A stretch of 64,000 nt of DNA, from positions 7,625,260-7,689,259 of the forward strand of contig MU058844.1 in the NCBI GenBank assembly GCA_013265495.1, read 5' to 3'. Of the stretch, positions 1 to 13,589 are shown one piece after another. The notes beneath the pieces were generated by a model, which had not been told where the DNA came from, ran no database searches, and was given only the letters and a program-made list of their open reading frames with translations. Position 1 is the first letter of the stretch; each line of letters opens with the position of its first letter. The DNA is from Vicugna vicugna. Lineage: Eukaryota. The position numbers and the translations under genes were made by a program.

Positions 1-3000
1 ATAGGAGATACACACATTTAAAGAGAAAGGAATCTAAGCCTACCACTAAGGAAATCAATAAATCATAAAGAAAGAGAGTTAAAGAAGGAACAAAGTAATT
101 ACAAAACATCTAGGAAACAATTAACAAGATGGCAGTAAGTCTATACCTAACATTAGTTAAAATGTAAATGGACTCAAGTCTCAAATAGGAGACATAGAAT
201 GGCTGAATAAACACACGAAAAACAAGATCCAACTATTTCTGCCTTCAAGAGACTCACTTCAAATGTAAGGACACACATAGACTGAAAATGAAGAAATAGA
301 AAATGATAGTCTTTGCAAATGGAAAGTAAAAGAAAGCTGGGGTAGTTATGTCAGACAAAAGAGACTTGAAGAAAAATACCACAGTAAGAGACAAATAAGG
401 CTATTATATAATGATAAAGGTGTCAATCCAACAAGAGGATATAATATTTGTAAATATTTATGCATCCAACATATAAGCACCTAAATCTATAAAGCAAGTA
501 TTACAGGCCTTATAGGAGAAACAAACATCAGTACAATAATTGTAGGGGACTTTAATACCCCCACTTAATCAATGTATAATCATCCTGGCAGAAAAACAAT
601 AAGAAAACATTAGACTTAGACTACACGTTATACCAGATGGATTTAACAGACATTTACAAAACATTCCATCCAAAAGCAACAGAATACACATTCTTCTTAA
701 GTGCCAATGGAATATTCTCCAGGATAAATCATATTCTGAGCCACAAAAAAGGTCATAATAAATTTCAGAAGACTGAATTCATATCAGACATCTTTTCCAA
801 TCACAGTGATATAAAACTGAAATCAATTATAAGAAGAAAACTGGAAAATTCACAAATATGTGGAGATTAAACAATATGCAACTGAACAACCAACAGTCAA
901 AGAAAAACAAAAGAGAAATCAAAAATATCTTGCACAAATGAAAATACAACATATCAGAACTTACAGAATTCAGTAAAAGCAGTTCTAAATGGAAACTTAC
1001 AGCACTAAACACCTACAGTAACAAACAAGAAAGATCTCAAATTAAAAAAACCTAGTTTTACATTCAAGGAACTAGAAAATGAAGAATAAACTAGGACCAC
1101 AATTAGAAGGAGGAAGGAAATAAAAGAGTGGAAATAAATGAAATAGAGACTGAAGACAATAGAAAAGACCAGTGAAACTAAGCTTTTGGGGGGGAAAAGA
1201 AACAAATTTGGCAAAACTTTAGCTAGATTCACCAAAAAGAAAGAGGGAGGACTCAAATAAAATTAGAGACGACATTACAACTGATGCCACATAAATACAA
1301 AAGAACTCAGTGGCTGCTATGAACAGCTATATGCCAACATTTTAGAACTGGATAAATTCCTAGAAATATACAATCTATGAAACTGAATCATGGGGGGGAA
1401 AAAAAGACCTGAACAGACGAATTACTAGCAAGGAGACTGATTATTGATTCAAAGTCCTCCCAACAAACAAAAACAAAAGCTCAAGACTAGATGGCTTCAC
1501 TGGTGAATTCTACCAAGCTTTTAAAAAAGAATATCAATTCATCTCAAATTCTTTCAATAAATAAAACAGGGACACTTCTATACTAATTTTGTAAGGCTGC
1601 ACTACACTGATACTGACAGAAGATAAAGAAACCACAAGAAAAGAATATGAGAGGCCAATATCTCTGATGAACACAGATACAAAAATTGTTAACAAAATAC
1701 TATTAAATTGAATTCAGGGGCACCTTAAAGTAATCATACACTATGATCAAGCAGGATATATCCCTTGGATGAAAGGATGGTTCAACACACACAAATCATT
1801 AAATGTTATTTACCACATTAACAGAATGATGGACAAAATACATATGATTATTTCAATAGATATAAAAAACTTGATAAAGTTCAACTTTTTTTCATAATAA
1901 AAACTCTCAACAAGTTAGGCATAGAAGAAAGGTACTTCAATATAATAAAGGTCATAATAAAGACTATAGCTAATATCATATGTAGTGGCGAGTTTTCGAG
2001 CCTTTCCTCTGAGATAAGTAACAAGACAAGAATGCTTGCCCTCAACATAGTATTGGAATCTAGTTTCAACAATTAGGCAAGAAAAAGAAATAAAAAGCAT
2101 CTATATAAAAAAGAAAGAAGTAAAATTATCTCTTTGTATCTGATATATTATATACAGAAAACCTTATAATATTCCATCAAAAACTTTTTAGAACCAATAA
2201 AAAATATGAACTATCTAAGAAAAATTAAGAAAACAATCTCATTTACAATCACATTAAAAACAGTAAAACAATTAGGAATAAATTAACCAATGAGTTGAAA
2301 GACCTGTACATTGAAAACTGTAAGATATTGATAAAGGAAATTAAGGAAAACACAAATAAATGTAAAGGTATTGTCTGCACTTGAACTGGAAGAATTTAAA
2401 TTGTTGACATTTCTATACTACCCAAAGTGATCTACAGAGCCAGTACAATCCCTACCAAAATTCCAATGGCATTTTTCACAGAATCAGAGCAAACAACCCT
2501 AAAATTTGTGTGGAACAGCAAAAGACCTTGAATAGTCAAAGCAATCTTGAAAAAGAAGAACAAAGCTTGAGGCACCACACTTCCTGATTTCAAGCTGTAT
2601 TACAAACCTGTAGTATTCAAACAGGACAGTACTGGCCTATAACAGTCATGTAGACAAGTGGAACGGAACAGAGAGCCCAGAATCAAACCCACAAATACAC
2701 AGTCAGCTAATTTTTGCCAGGGATATCAAGAACACACGACAGGTAAAGGACAGGCTCTTCAATAAATGATACTGGGGAAACTGGTTTTTCACAAGGCTGA
2801 GGGGATAGGGAAATTGGGAGATGTAACTCATAGGATACAAACATCCAATTATAAGAAGAGTAAGTTCTAAGGAGCTAATGTATACTTGAAAGTTGCTGAG
2901 AGTAGATCTTCTTAAGCGTTCTTATCATACATAGGAAAAAAGTTAACTGTATAAGGTGATGGATGCATTAATTACTTTGATCTTGATAATCCATCGTGTG

Positions 3001-3078
3001 TGTGTATAAAATCATCACACTGTACATTTTAATGATACAATATATTTGCCAGTTGTTTCTCAATAAATTTGGGGAAAA
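1..3078 (+). mobile_element. LINE-1 (L1MA-like), decayed ORF2 (endonuclease and RT) joined to a 3' UTR, internally deleted
   Basis: ORF2 start near 129 (aatgtaaatggactc = NVNGL); ORF 637..870 MDLTDIYKTFHPKATEYTFF is an L1 endonuclease segment; RT motifs (gatggcttcactggtgaattctacc, ggatggttcaac); L1MA-type 3' end at 2795-3078. Confidence 0.95.
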
Positions 3079-3299
3079 CAGTTGACTTCATGTCAAAAAA
3101 GCATTATAAAAGGTTAAAAAGGGAATTTATGAGGTTAAAGAGTGTTGTTAGAGTATTTGCGGTCTAAGAATAACAAAGTCAGTATTATAAAAGCAAAACT
3201 GTGGAAGAAAAGGAATATTAGAAGATCCATAGTATGAGGGAACTGAAGTCATTATTTAGTCCAGAAGGTAAGTGGATAAATAATACCAATGGGAATAAT

Positions 3300-5555
3300 A
3301 CTCAAAAGCAAAGACAGAAGAGCTAATAAACAAAATTAATGTGATAGGTCTCATTGAAACATTCTGAACTCTACATGTGGAAAGATACTCCCTACATTCT
3401 CATAAAACATAAACATGACCAGAATACAAAAAGGCTCCATAGATCCCCAAATACAAATATTGTACCAATATTATTATCTGATTAAAGTAAAAGGAAACTA
3501 AAAAAATTTTAAATCAAAATCAGAGAACCAAAATACCCTATCAAATCAAAATTAATATATCTTTCTTTAAACAATCCTTTACCAAAGAAGCAAATAAAAT
3601 CAAAAGTTTATGAAATCTAGGAAATATTTAAATGAAGATAGTCTATGTTGAAACCTATAGGGTACAGCGAACACCATACTGAGATAATTCATAGCTACAA
3701 ATTTTATGTCAATAAAAATAAATAATTACGACAATCTGATTCAAAGCATTAGAAGACATATTAAGCCAAAGAAAACCATAAGAAGTAATTTTTTATGATA
3801 AACGCAGAAATTATTTATAATCCTGAAAAGACATAATCAATAAAATTGAAAGCTATTTTTCAAAATAACCCATCATCAACAAACTACTAACCAACCTAGT
3901 CATGAAAAAAGGTTAAAGAACAAACCCCCCAAATTTAAAAATAATGAGTTAAAAAAAGAGATAAAAGTAGAAAAACCACAAAAATTCTTTGCTCATTAAT
4001 AAAATAAATTGGAAATCCTGGATAAAACAAAAATTTTTCTAGAAAAATGGAAACTGACTGCATTTGCAATAAAACCCTAAATGTAGCAACTCCCACAGAA
4101 GAAATGATGTTGGTAAAATGAGATCTCCCTCTAAAAGCACTAGGAATAGATGGTTTTACATGAAAATATTATAAAATCCTTAAAAAGTAGACCATTTCAA
4201 AGCTAGTTAAACTCTTCACCACAGATTAAAAACAAAACGCCCAAATTCTCTTTTTTCAAAGCGAGCCTAACACAGGTACCAAAACTTGCCAAGTACTCCA
4301 TAACAATACTACAATCTATATCATGTATGAACTATAATGAGACATTCATTATAAAATATTTGTAAACAGAATTCATGAGATTATCATAAGAGTAATATAT
4401 CGTTTCTAAGAGAATTCTATTCTAAACATAAGGATTGTTCAGAATTATACTAGCTATTAATATAATTTAACATATTAATAACCCTAAGGAGAAATGTCAT
4501 ACCGCCATAGATGTTAATGAAATATAAAAATACTTAATAAAATAGTAATTTATAAATACTTTCTTAAAATGACAAAATATATTGATCTTAGCTCAAAAGG
4601 CTTAATGGAAAACCACTAAAAAATTTTCCTGGCAAAGTAAAGGACAAGATAAGGCTGTCCTCCATCACATTAGTATTTAACATTATACTTAAGCCACTGA
4701 CCAAAATATTTTGATACAAGAAAAACTGGAGGTGTAAGATTTGAAATAAGGTGACCTTACTAATTTAAAGATGGTATGATTGAATACCTGTAAAACAGAA
4801 GAGAATCAACAAATATTCTATAAGAAATAAAGTACCTTACAATAATACGGCATAAAATATTAATATGCATAAATAAGTAGCACTCAAATAAAATAGTTCG
4901 AACCATACTGAACAATTGTTTTGCTCGTCAAAATCTGTAAAAATATCAGCAGTTCAATTAGCCACTACCAACAGCAACCAGTAAAAAAGATGTAATAATA
5001 AAAAGTTATGATAGAAGAAAAGACCACACTTAATAAGGGTACAAAAAAAGGCACAGTACCTACAAAAAACTTCACTAGAAATGAATACATAAGGCCTTTG
5101 ACTAGAAACTTTAAAACATCCGTGAAGGAAGAAGACTCAAACAATTTAAAGTGTAATGTGATTGTCAACTAAAACAATTATTTTTTAAAACTAAACAGGT
5201 TATTCTTAATATCAGATGGAAAATTAATATGAATAACCAGGAAAATTCTTTACAAGAAGGTCAATGAGAGCTACTAACCCACTAATATAAAATAAAATAT
5301 AAAACTTTTATAATTAAAATAAGTACATTAATAGACATTGGAGTAGAAGAAAACATACAGAAATACACACACACACATACACATGATAATACATGAGAAT
5401 GCTTGGATCTCCAATTAGGAAAGAAAAAACAGCTCATTCTATGAAAGGTTTTGGGAAAACTGGGTAACTATCAATACCAAAATAAATTTGGAACTGTATT
5501 CATATCATAGATTAGAAAAAAATTCACAATGAATCAAACACTAAAATGTCAAAGC
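3300..5555 (+). mobile_element. Older, highly diverged LINE-1 ORF2 fragment (L1M/L1ME-like)
   Basis: A-rich sequence with degenerate RT motifs (gatggttttacatgaaaatattataaa, gatggtatgattgaatacctgtaaaac, ttttgggaaaactgggta). Confidence 0.8.
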
Positions 5556-6363
5556 TTAACAGTGGCATCTGGGATAGCTATGACATGAATGACCATAGCT
5601 TCTCTTATAAAACCAGAACGACCTAATTAGAGAATCCAATTTCCTAATTCTTGATCCATTGGACACATCTGAACATTTTACAGCTGTTCATTTCCATTTG
5701 AAATCCTCCAGTCTCTGGCTTCAGGGACTTTAGGGTTCAATACAGACTCAGGCCAGGCAGACTGATACTTATTCATGATGCCAATATAAGAACACCAAAA
5801 TGTCAATGAGTAAGTGATGAGAAGAGAAATGAATTCCCGAGACGTTTCCTAGGTATATTATTGATTAAACTGCTTGAGTCTGAGGAAAATTCTTCCTTGA
5901 TTCACCTATAAACACTGTTTTATGAAGGTAGATTTTTTTTTTAACTTCAAGGTTTCTGTTTTGCTGAAGGTTACGCAAACTGAGGAATGCCTTTTTCCAC
6001 CGTCTCCCATGCAAGTGTTTAGCCTCTTCTCTGAATAAATGAGAAATAGCCAGTTACAGAGTGATGTTGGAATGGACACCCCAGCTATCGGCTTGTACTG
6101 CAGACACTAAATCTTCAGATCTCCTTGGTTCTTTAAAAGCTTCATCCCTGCGGTCTTTCATGTCCTTAAATATTATTGTTTATCCCACTCAGATCCTCCC
6201 CTTCAGAGATCTCATCTACTCTGCCAATTCAAAAATAAAATATATAATCTGATAACTCCAAAACCTATAAAAATTATATCTTAAGGCTAGGAAATCTTTG
6301 GCTCCAGACCATTATTATCAATTTCCTATAAATTGATGCCTCAAGTCAAGAGACAACCGCATG

Positions 6364-6590
6364 AAGGCAGTCTAACCTAGTAGTTAAGAGCATTGGAGCC
6401 AGACTGCCTGGGTTCAAATCCCAAGTCAGCCGATTACTAGATACGCGATCCTGCAGAAGTTGCTCAGTATTCACTGTGGTCCCATTTCTCCAGATTGTTA
6501 AATTATTTATTATTTGTAAACCATGTAGAACAGGGTATAAGACAGAATAAGAGCTGTTTAAGTGTTAAATGAGTATAAATAATAATAAAT
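6364..6590 (+). mobile_element. MIR SINE
   Basis: tagtagttaagagc...ggagccagactgcctgggttcaaatccc B-box core. Confidence 0.9.
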
Positions 6591-7172
6591 GAGGGAGATT
6601 TACAGTGGGGATGTTCCTAATAGGACATCCAGGGAACTTATCCATGTGCTTCATTAGAAAGCCAACATCCATCACTCAGGACTTTGATGACTTTTCAGCC
6701 TTAACTGGGAAACTAAGGCAGTTGACATAAAAGACAGTATGCTCACGCAAGCCCAATAAAGACACTCTGCATCTCTTCCTAGAGCAAGCAGAGGCATAAA
6801 AGCGTAAGATAGATGGTGGGGACGTGTCCTAGAAAGACAGAGTATCACCTTCCATTTGACTCCCGGTGATAGTAAGGAAACGAGAGAGCAGACCACGCTT
6901 CCTTCCCCACTCCAAGTTCTCTGGCCCCAAACCAGGCCTGTACAGTGATGGGAAGAGAATATGAGATTAGAGTTGTAAACTAGACTAGACTTTTTAATAA
7001 GTTACAGTAGAGAGAAGTTACAGAATCTGCCTGAGACGTCATTAAGAGATCTGCTACCCAGCAGGGAAGGAAGATCTAACATTGCACAGTTGGGAGCACC
7101 GATTAGAGAACGTATAAATCCTTTTCAAGTATGTACCCTACAAAGCTCAGAGTCTCCAGTAAACCAGTTATA
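6590..7172 (+). mobile_element. Ancient LTR fragment (MamGypLTR-like)
   Basis: gcctgagacgtcattaag...gaagatctaaca and an LTR-like ending aaaccagttata; family recalled from memory. Confidence 0.4.
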
Positions 7173-8214
7173 CTATATATAACTATAAAGAGCTTTGACA
7201 TGTGAGAGGCGGCCTGTGGCACTCGAATGGCTCTGGTTGGAAAAACTGCAAAATTTAAAATATTTATATCAAGTCAAAAAAAAAATCAGTAACTGCTGAC
7301 AGAAACCAGGAGTCACTTAAAATGGCTTATACTATAACTGATTTTATTGCCATAATGGTAAAAGTCTAATATTAAAAATGACTCTTTTCTTCCCAAAGTA
7401 ATTTCATTAAACTCAGGAATTTCTACAGACAATATGTCTTGACACACACAGTCATACACATATGTAGGCAAAAATCGGAAATTAAGTCCTATTTTTAGCA
7501 GAGTAAAAATTATGTTCTGAAATATTCTCTTCGTTTATTGTTTCATATGAATTAGATGCATAAGGAGGATACAAATGAAAGTGATAAACAAGGTAGGCAA
7601 TAAAGAAAGAGTGGAAAACCATCTCCACGGTGCTGTTTGAAGAATGCCGAAACATCTACAGCTGCAGAAGCATATTTCGCCCATTCCATTTATTGACTAA
7701 TTAATTGATGTTCTCATCCTTCAATGTTGCTATTACCACCACCCTGGGATTACACTGATGAAGCTGGAGTGAGGGAGGCATTATTTCAAAAAGATAAATT
7801 AAATCAGGCTGTCACCATATAAAACACTTAGCACTGTAACAAACATTAGATATAGGCAGCAAACATTCAATATATGTAATTTTTTGGCTATTATTATAAC
7901 CTCTGGGATGGGAGGAGCTTACACATTTCCATCAAAGTCCATTAGTTTAATAGTTTTGATAGTGGAGACTTTTGCTTTCCTGAAGAACTATAAAAGAGAA
8001 TTGAAAACTCTCGATTTTAGATGAATGAAAGAGTAAAGAACAGAGAGCAGACTCGTGGGACAACACGAGGATGTTAACAACTAGATCACAAATGATCACC
8101 TGCAAAGATCAAGTCTTTGGGGGATCACAGCCAAAAGGAAAGGAAGATCCAGCTAGTTTTTTCTCCACTTAAGAGATTTTACCAAAGTAGCTTTGCTCTT
8201 CAACTTAATTTGAT

Positions 8215-8517
8215 AACTCAATAGAAGACACAGAAACAACACGAGAAATGGATGATACAGGGAGAATGGCATGTGATGGCAGGGGCAGAGACTGGATGAT
8301 GCAATTGCAAACCAAGAGATGTCAGGGATTGCTGGCAACGTGGAAGCCAGGATCTAGAAGCGAGGGGCAGGGGGGGAGCCTCCCTGCAGAGGGCGTGGCC
8401 CTGTACCCTCCTTGATTTGGGGCTTCTAGCCTCTAGAACTATGATAAAATAAATTTCTGTTGTATTAGCCACCAACTTCATGGTACTTTATTGGGACAAT
8501 CCTAGAAAAGTAATACA
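8215..8517 (+). mobile_element. MaLR LTR, 3' half (MLT1B/C-like)
   Basis: cttctagcctctagaactatgataaaataaatttctgttg...cctagaaaagtaataca terminus. Confidence 0.9.
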
Positions 8518-8625
8518 GATTTGGTTTTTAAGAATCTGCCTATTGTATAAAGGCCTCTAAACATAATGGAGACGGAAGATCTCTGCTTTGTGTGAGGTTT
8601 TTAGGTCTTTCTCATGCCCCCAGTA

Positions 8626-8839
8626 CAGTTGACCCTTGACCAACATAAGTTGGAACTGTGTAGGTCCACTTTTTTCACTAAATATGTCACTACAGTTCTG
8701 CATATTCCAGGGTTGGTTGAATCAGCAAATGCAGAACCACGGATACAGAGAGTCTTCTGTAAATTTATGCGAGGATTTTTGCCTGCATGTGAGGTGGTGG
8801 ATCAGCGCCCCAGTGCTCTCATTGTTCAAGGATCAACTG
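8626..8839. mobile_element. Tigger2-derived MITE (MER8-like)
   Basis: TIRs cagttgacccttgaccaac / ttgttcaaggatcaactg, flanked by TA on both sides. Confidence 0.9.
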
Positions 8840-9314
8840 TAATTCTCTCTAAATCTGAATCCATAAATACCATAGAAAATTCAGTGTAAACACTAACTTT
8901 TCCAAATCAGTTTCAGCTGGTTCCTTCAGGTATTTCAGGCGTTCTGTATACTTTCACAATCTCTACATATGTCAGCAACCCAAATCCCGTCCCCACTTCG
9001 CCTTTTCCTCCTCTTTCCTGTTCTCTCTGTACACTAACTCCATTTTTATCTTTGCCTCTATTTCTACCTCTTTTGTTATTGCCTCGTCTTTCTCATTCTG
9101 CCAACCTTTTAAGTTTGAAATCCTGCTGGAAAGTTCTTGAGGACACCTTCTCTGACAACTGCTCACTTCTCCAGCTAGTATACACAGCTAGAAGGGCCCT
9201 GGGTCCCACTCCTTAACCTGTTCTGTAGGAAACTTCCACCCCAGTTTCCCAAGGTCCCTTTGGAAGAAAGTCACAACAAAAGAAGATAGACATCATGCAG
9301 ACATTCCATAGACC

Positions 9315-9496
9315 CATGGTTCTCAAACTGTGGTCCCCAGACCAGCAGGATCAGTGCTACTTGAGGGCTAGCTAGAAGTGCAAAATTTTTAGCCACACCC
9401 CAGACCTGCTAAATTTGAAACTCTGGGGTTGGGGTCCTACAGTTTTTGTTTTAATACGTGATTCTGATGCATGTTGAAGTTTAAGAATTACCACTG
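9315..9496. mobile_element. MER5A (hAT-Charlie)
   Basis: ggttctcaaactgtggtccccagaccagcag...gtgattctgatgcatgttgaagtttaagaa. Confidence 0.9.
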
Positions 9497-9761
9497 TAGA
9501 TGTTCACAAAATAGCTCTCCACGTAAAAAAGCTAGTTAGTAACCCAGTCAGAAGACTGAGCTAGAAATAAATCAACGTGGTTCATTAAGAGAGAAACAGT
9601 GAAAAAGCTACAGCTGTGTTCTGTAGTCCCTTTCCTAGTATTTCTTCAAATGGCTCACAGAGACAGAAGGAGACATTGTACTTTAGTCAGAATAAGTAAA
9701 AGGATCATTATCAACTAGTTATGATAAAAAGATCTACATTTTAATTTATGGCTTGATTTAG

Positions 9762-11270
9762 TCATTTATTTATTCAGCAATCATTTCCTGAAACTTTTTT
9801 TTCTAAACAATAAGGATGCTACAGTCAAGAAGACAGAGATCGTACTTCATAAAGTTAAGTCCTAGTAGATATAAGGAAGGAAAATCTCCTCGACCCTCTG
9901 AGTCTCTGGTGGGGCCTAAGAATTTAACTGACGTAAGAAAGATTAACAGGAGAAAAGCATACATGTTTAGTCAAACTTCAACATATACATGGAAGCCTTT
10001 GCAAGAGAATGAAGACCTGAGGAAGTGACCAGAGCAAAAAGCTTTTATACTTTTTAGTCAAAGAAACAATACATCCATGAAGAATTAACAAGATGAAGGA
10101 GTTTAGGCTGGGGCAGTAAATTGTGAAGGGGTGATCAGGACGATAAGGGTTAGTTTAGTAAGGCTGGTTAGTACAGATTTTTTTGGCTTCAATTCCCTGT
10201 CTCTGGTGATAACAATGTCTTCCTTGTGGTATAGGAAGGGTACCTTTCAAGAAGAGGAAGGAAGAGTCAGAGTAGTTTTCTTTGCCTGCTGTTTCTCAAG
10301 TGCCTTTAAACTTGAAATAATCAATATCCCAAAGCAGAATATTTTGGGGTGAGATGCTCTGAGTTCCTACATACGGAAGACAGAAAAACAAAAACTAAGT
10401 ATTATATAATTTTAGGTAGTGGTAAGAGTGATAAGCAAAGGAAAATTTTGTAACAGATTAATAATGGTGGATACTAAATGATGGGTGAGCAAAAAAGATG
10501 AATATTTAAACAGAAAAAGAATGAAATTCAGGAATACGACTTCAATTTGGAGATAATATATTCTGGCAGAGAGAACAGAAAAATGCAAATACCTGGGGGT
10601 GAACTTCACTTGTACATTTCAGAACAGCAAGGTGGCCAGTGCAGCTGCAGCAGAGTCAGCAAAAGGAGGAAAGCGAAGGAGACTAGAAGCAAAGGGAAGG
10701 GCCAAGTCATGTAGGGCTTTGAGGACATCCCCAGGATGTCAGACTTTATTCCAAACTTAATGTGAACTCATTGGAAGTGGGAGCTCAAATTAAATGGGAG
10801 AACTGATGTGATCTGCTCTACTGCTGTGTGAAGAGGTGTAAGTGGGGCGAGAGTAAGACCATTTAGAAGTCTAGCGTAGAGGTCAGAACACAAGTAGATG
10901 AGAACAACAAATGAGATCAAAGGGATGGTCAGATTATGGATGTCCTTCAAAGGGGCAACTAAGAGCTTATGGATGGATTGGATGCGAAATGTGATAGACC
11001 AAGGATCCAAAGACGACTTCTAGGTTTGGGGGCTGAAAAAGCACATATCTGAGGCTGCCTTTTATTGAGCTAGGAACCGCTGTGGTGGCAGCAGGCTTGG
11101 AGGGGGATACAGAGGCCAGTTTGGGCAGGTTAAATTTGTCCATCCAAGGAGAGATTTCAAGCAGAGAGCTGGAATATATTATGCTGGTACTGAGGGGAAA
11201 GGTCAGACTGGTGAGAAAAACCAAGAGGAATTCATGATTTAAGAGAGTGAAGAGTTCTGAAGACAACACA
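9762..11270 (-). mobile_element. LINE-2, 3' portion, interrupted by an ERV1 LTR
   Basis: tcatttatttattcagcaa tail at 9762; agaacagcaaggtggccagtg, gtagggctttg and gacttctaggtttggggg segments. Confidence 0.8.
9872..10371 (-). mobile_element. ERV1 solo LTR (MER34-like)
   Basis: gattaacaggagaaaagcataca and tgcctttaaacttgaaataatcaatatcccaaagcagaatattttggggtg...cctaca terminus. Confidence 0.8.
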
Positions 11271-13300
11271 GCCCACAGAGGGAAAGGAAGGAAAGAGTGT
11301 GCTGGTAATCAGGGAAATACTGAACTTCTTTGGTGCAAGTCAATGTTCACCTAGAAACTAGATGGTAAGATTGGAGGTAGGCACGCAATAGAATATGCTG
11401 ACGTCTGTTCACACGCATGACTGTTCTGGCTAGTTTGATAAATAACTAGATCAATAGGGCTCTAAATTTTCTTTCCACGATCATCTCTCAATGAGCTACA
11501 ACAATTCAGAGATTTTTCTACCAGTGAATCAGGATCGGTAGCATTAATACAAAGACAAAATAGGGAAGGAAAATGGCCTCAAAGAAAAAATAGTCAAATT
11601 TTAAATGTGGTTTTTATTTTTGTGTAGAAAAGGGCTAGAAGGGACTATGTATAACAAATATACTATTATTCATAACAAAAAGCACTAAAAAACAGATCTA
11701 CAGCCAAACTTTAATGATTTATTTAATGTATTATATATTGTCAAGAGACTTTAATAAATGTGTTCTATTGCCCATTAATGCAGTATGCAGAAACAAAATG
11801 ATTTGATTTAATATATTTTCTTAAAATCTTTCTATTTATCTTCTTGGCCAAGATATTAAAATAACTTGTAACTCTGAATACTTCTTCTGTTATAGCCTAA
11901 AGCGACAGAATCTATTTTTATAAACTTGTTAATATGTACATATTAAATAACCCTAACATTTCTATTTTGAGAAAATTAATGAATGAATATTTGTCCTAAG
12001 TGTTATTTGAACATTATAATTTCAAACAGCTGACTTTTGCATCTAAGGTAGAAAAAATGTACAGTTACCACCCAGAAAACACAAAATAATAGCTGAATAA
12101 GAAAGAAAAATCCTAATAGTAAGACAGTGAAAAATCTAATTAACATTATAGCTTTTTACCACCAGGATTAGTGGAATATATAAATCTTTTTTTTTTTTTT
12201 TAAGAAACTGAAGAGGAAAAAGTTCTTTTGTAAACAATACGTTTTGGTTACAAATTCACAATAGTAATTTCACAGCAAATGTGTAACACGTGTACCACCA
12301 GGAAGACAGCACATGCTGTAATCAGCCGGCTTTGTGAATTTACTGTAACAAAATGATTAGACACTGGATTTAATCATGCCACGTCTGGGATTTGGCATTC
12401 TAACAACTGTAGCCCAGCTGCCAGTCCTGCCACAGTGGTAGAAACTAACCAGCCCTTTGTAATAAGCATGTCTAGAGCTATTCCTTTCATTATTTTCAAG
12501 ACAGAGAGACAAAGAATTACGTATATTGTCTTCTTGTGCAGAGATGGCATGACTCATGTGTGACTGGAGGCTTTTCTTACATGTCTTACTACCCAATAAT
12601 ATCCATATGAGTGATCACTGCCATGAACTCAGGAAATGAGTATTTGGATAGCTTTCATGATGGTACTAATAAATTGTTCTAATGAATTCTGATGAGCATG
12701 AACTAATACAATAATTTCAAAGATTTCAAATTATATTATGCTGGATATAGAGTAGCTTGCTGTGGCCTTAGCTGCCTGCCTTTCCGAGTTCTGAAGTGAT
12801 AATTGTAGTATAAGTACTATAGTAAGAAATTGGATTTTGATGCCATATCATATCTGCTAAAATTTAACAATTGAATGTATCAGGCATTTATAAAAGAGTT
12901 AACTCTCTTATGGTCACGTTTTGAAATGACCCTGCTCTCAGTCTCATCCAAATCCCAAACTAGACGGGTTGCATCATATTTTCTTTTTTGACAACTAACT
13001 TCTAAAATGATGTTAACAGAAAAACCAGAAATGTTGCAAAGGAGAAATGATTGGAAGGGAACATTAAGATTCTGTTTTGATATCTTAGAATTTTAAATGA
13101 CAGTATATTATACAAATGAAAACTGGGGAGATAATTTGTGATTATCTTACTGGTATGCCTGAAACAAAGTAAATAATGCCAGCTGCTGTAGTCACAAACC
13201 TGAAAATCTTAGCAACTTCCTATAGTGAGTGTATCCCTTGCTTCAATGTACATATTCCTACTGGCAAGCACTTCAGGTGATTATTCAGGAGGCAGACACT

Positions 13301-13589
13301 TTATATCTGGTTGCTCAGACCGTGTCCAGAATCTCCATTCATTTGGTGAATGAAGATTAGGGACGTCAAGTATTGTGTATGAAAGATTTTTGAAAGCTGG
13401 GTTTTGAAGTGACATACGTTAATCACCCTTGTCCATATTCCACTGTGTAAAACTCTAAGGATGCTGGAAAATATAGTCTGCTTGTGTGCCTCGGAGTAAA
13501 AGGTGATCACACAGAATCTCCACCACATTTTGTTTGGTTGAGAGGTGAGAAACTGTGATGTGAGTCTGAGCAGCATAACAGAAGTGACC
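13301..13589 (-). pseudogene. Candidate terminal exon (GHFCYAAQTHITVSHL... / ...IFSSILRVLHSG...)
   Basis: caagttttcag acceptor at 13590-13591; long open stretches in two frames (overlaps ORF 13301..13660). Confidence 0.45.

Noticed and set aside
637..870. ORF resembling an endonuclease
   Set aside because: Fragment of decayed L1 ORF2, not a gene.
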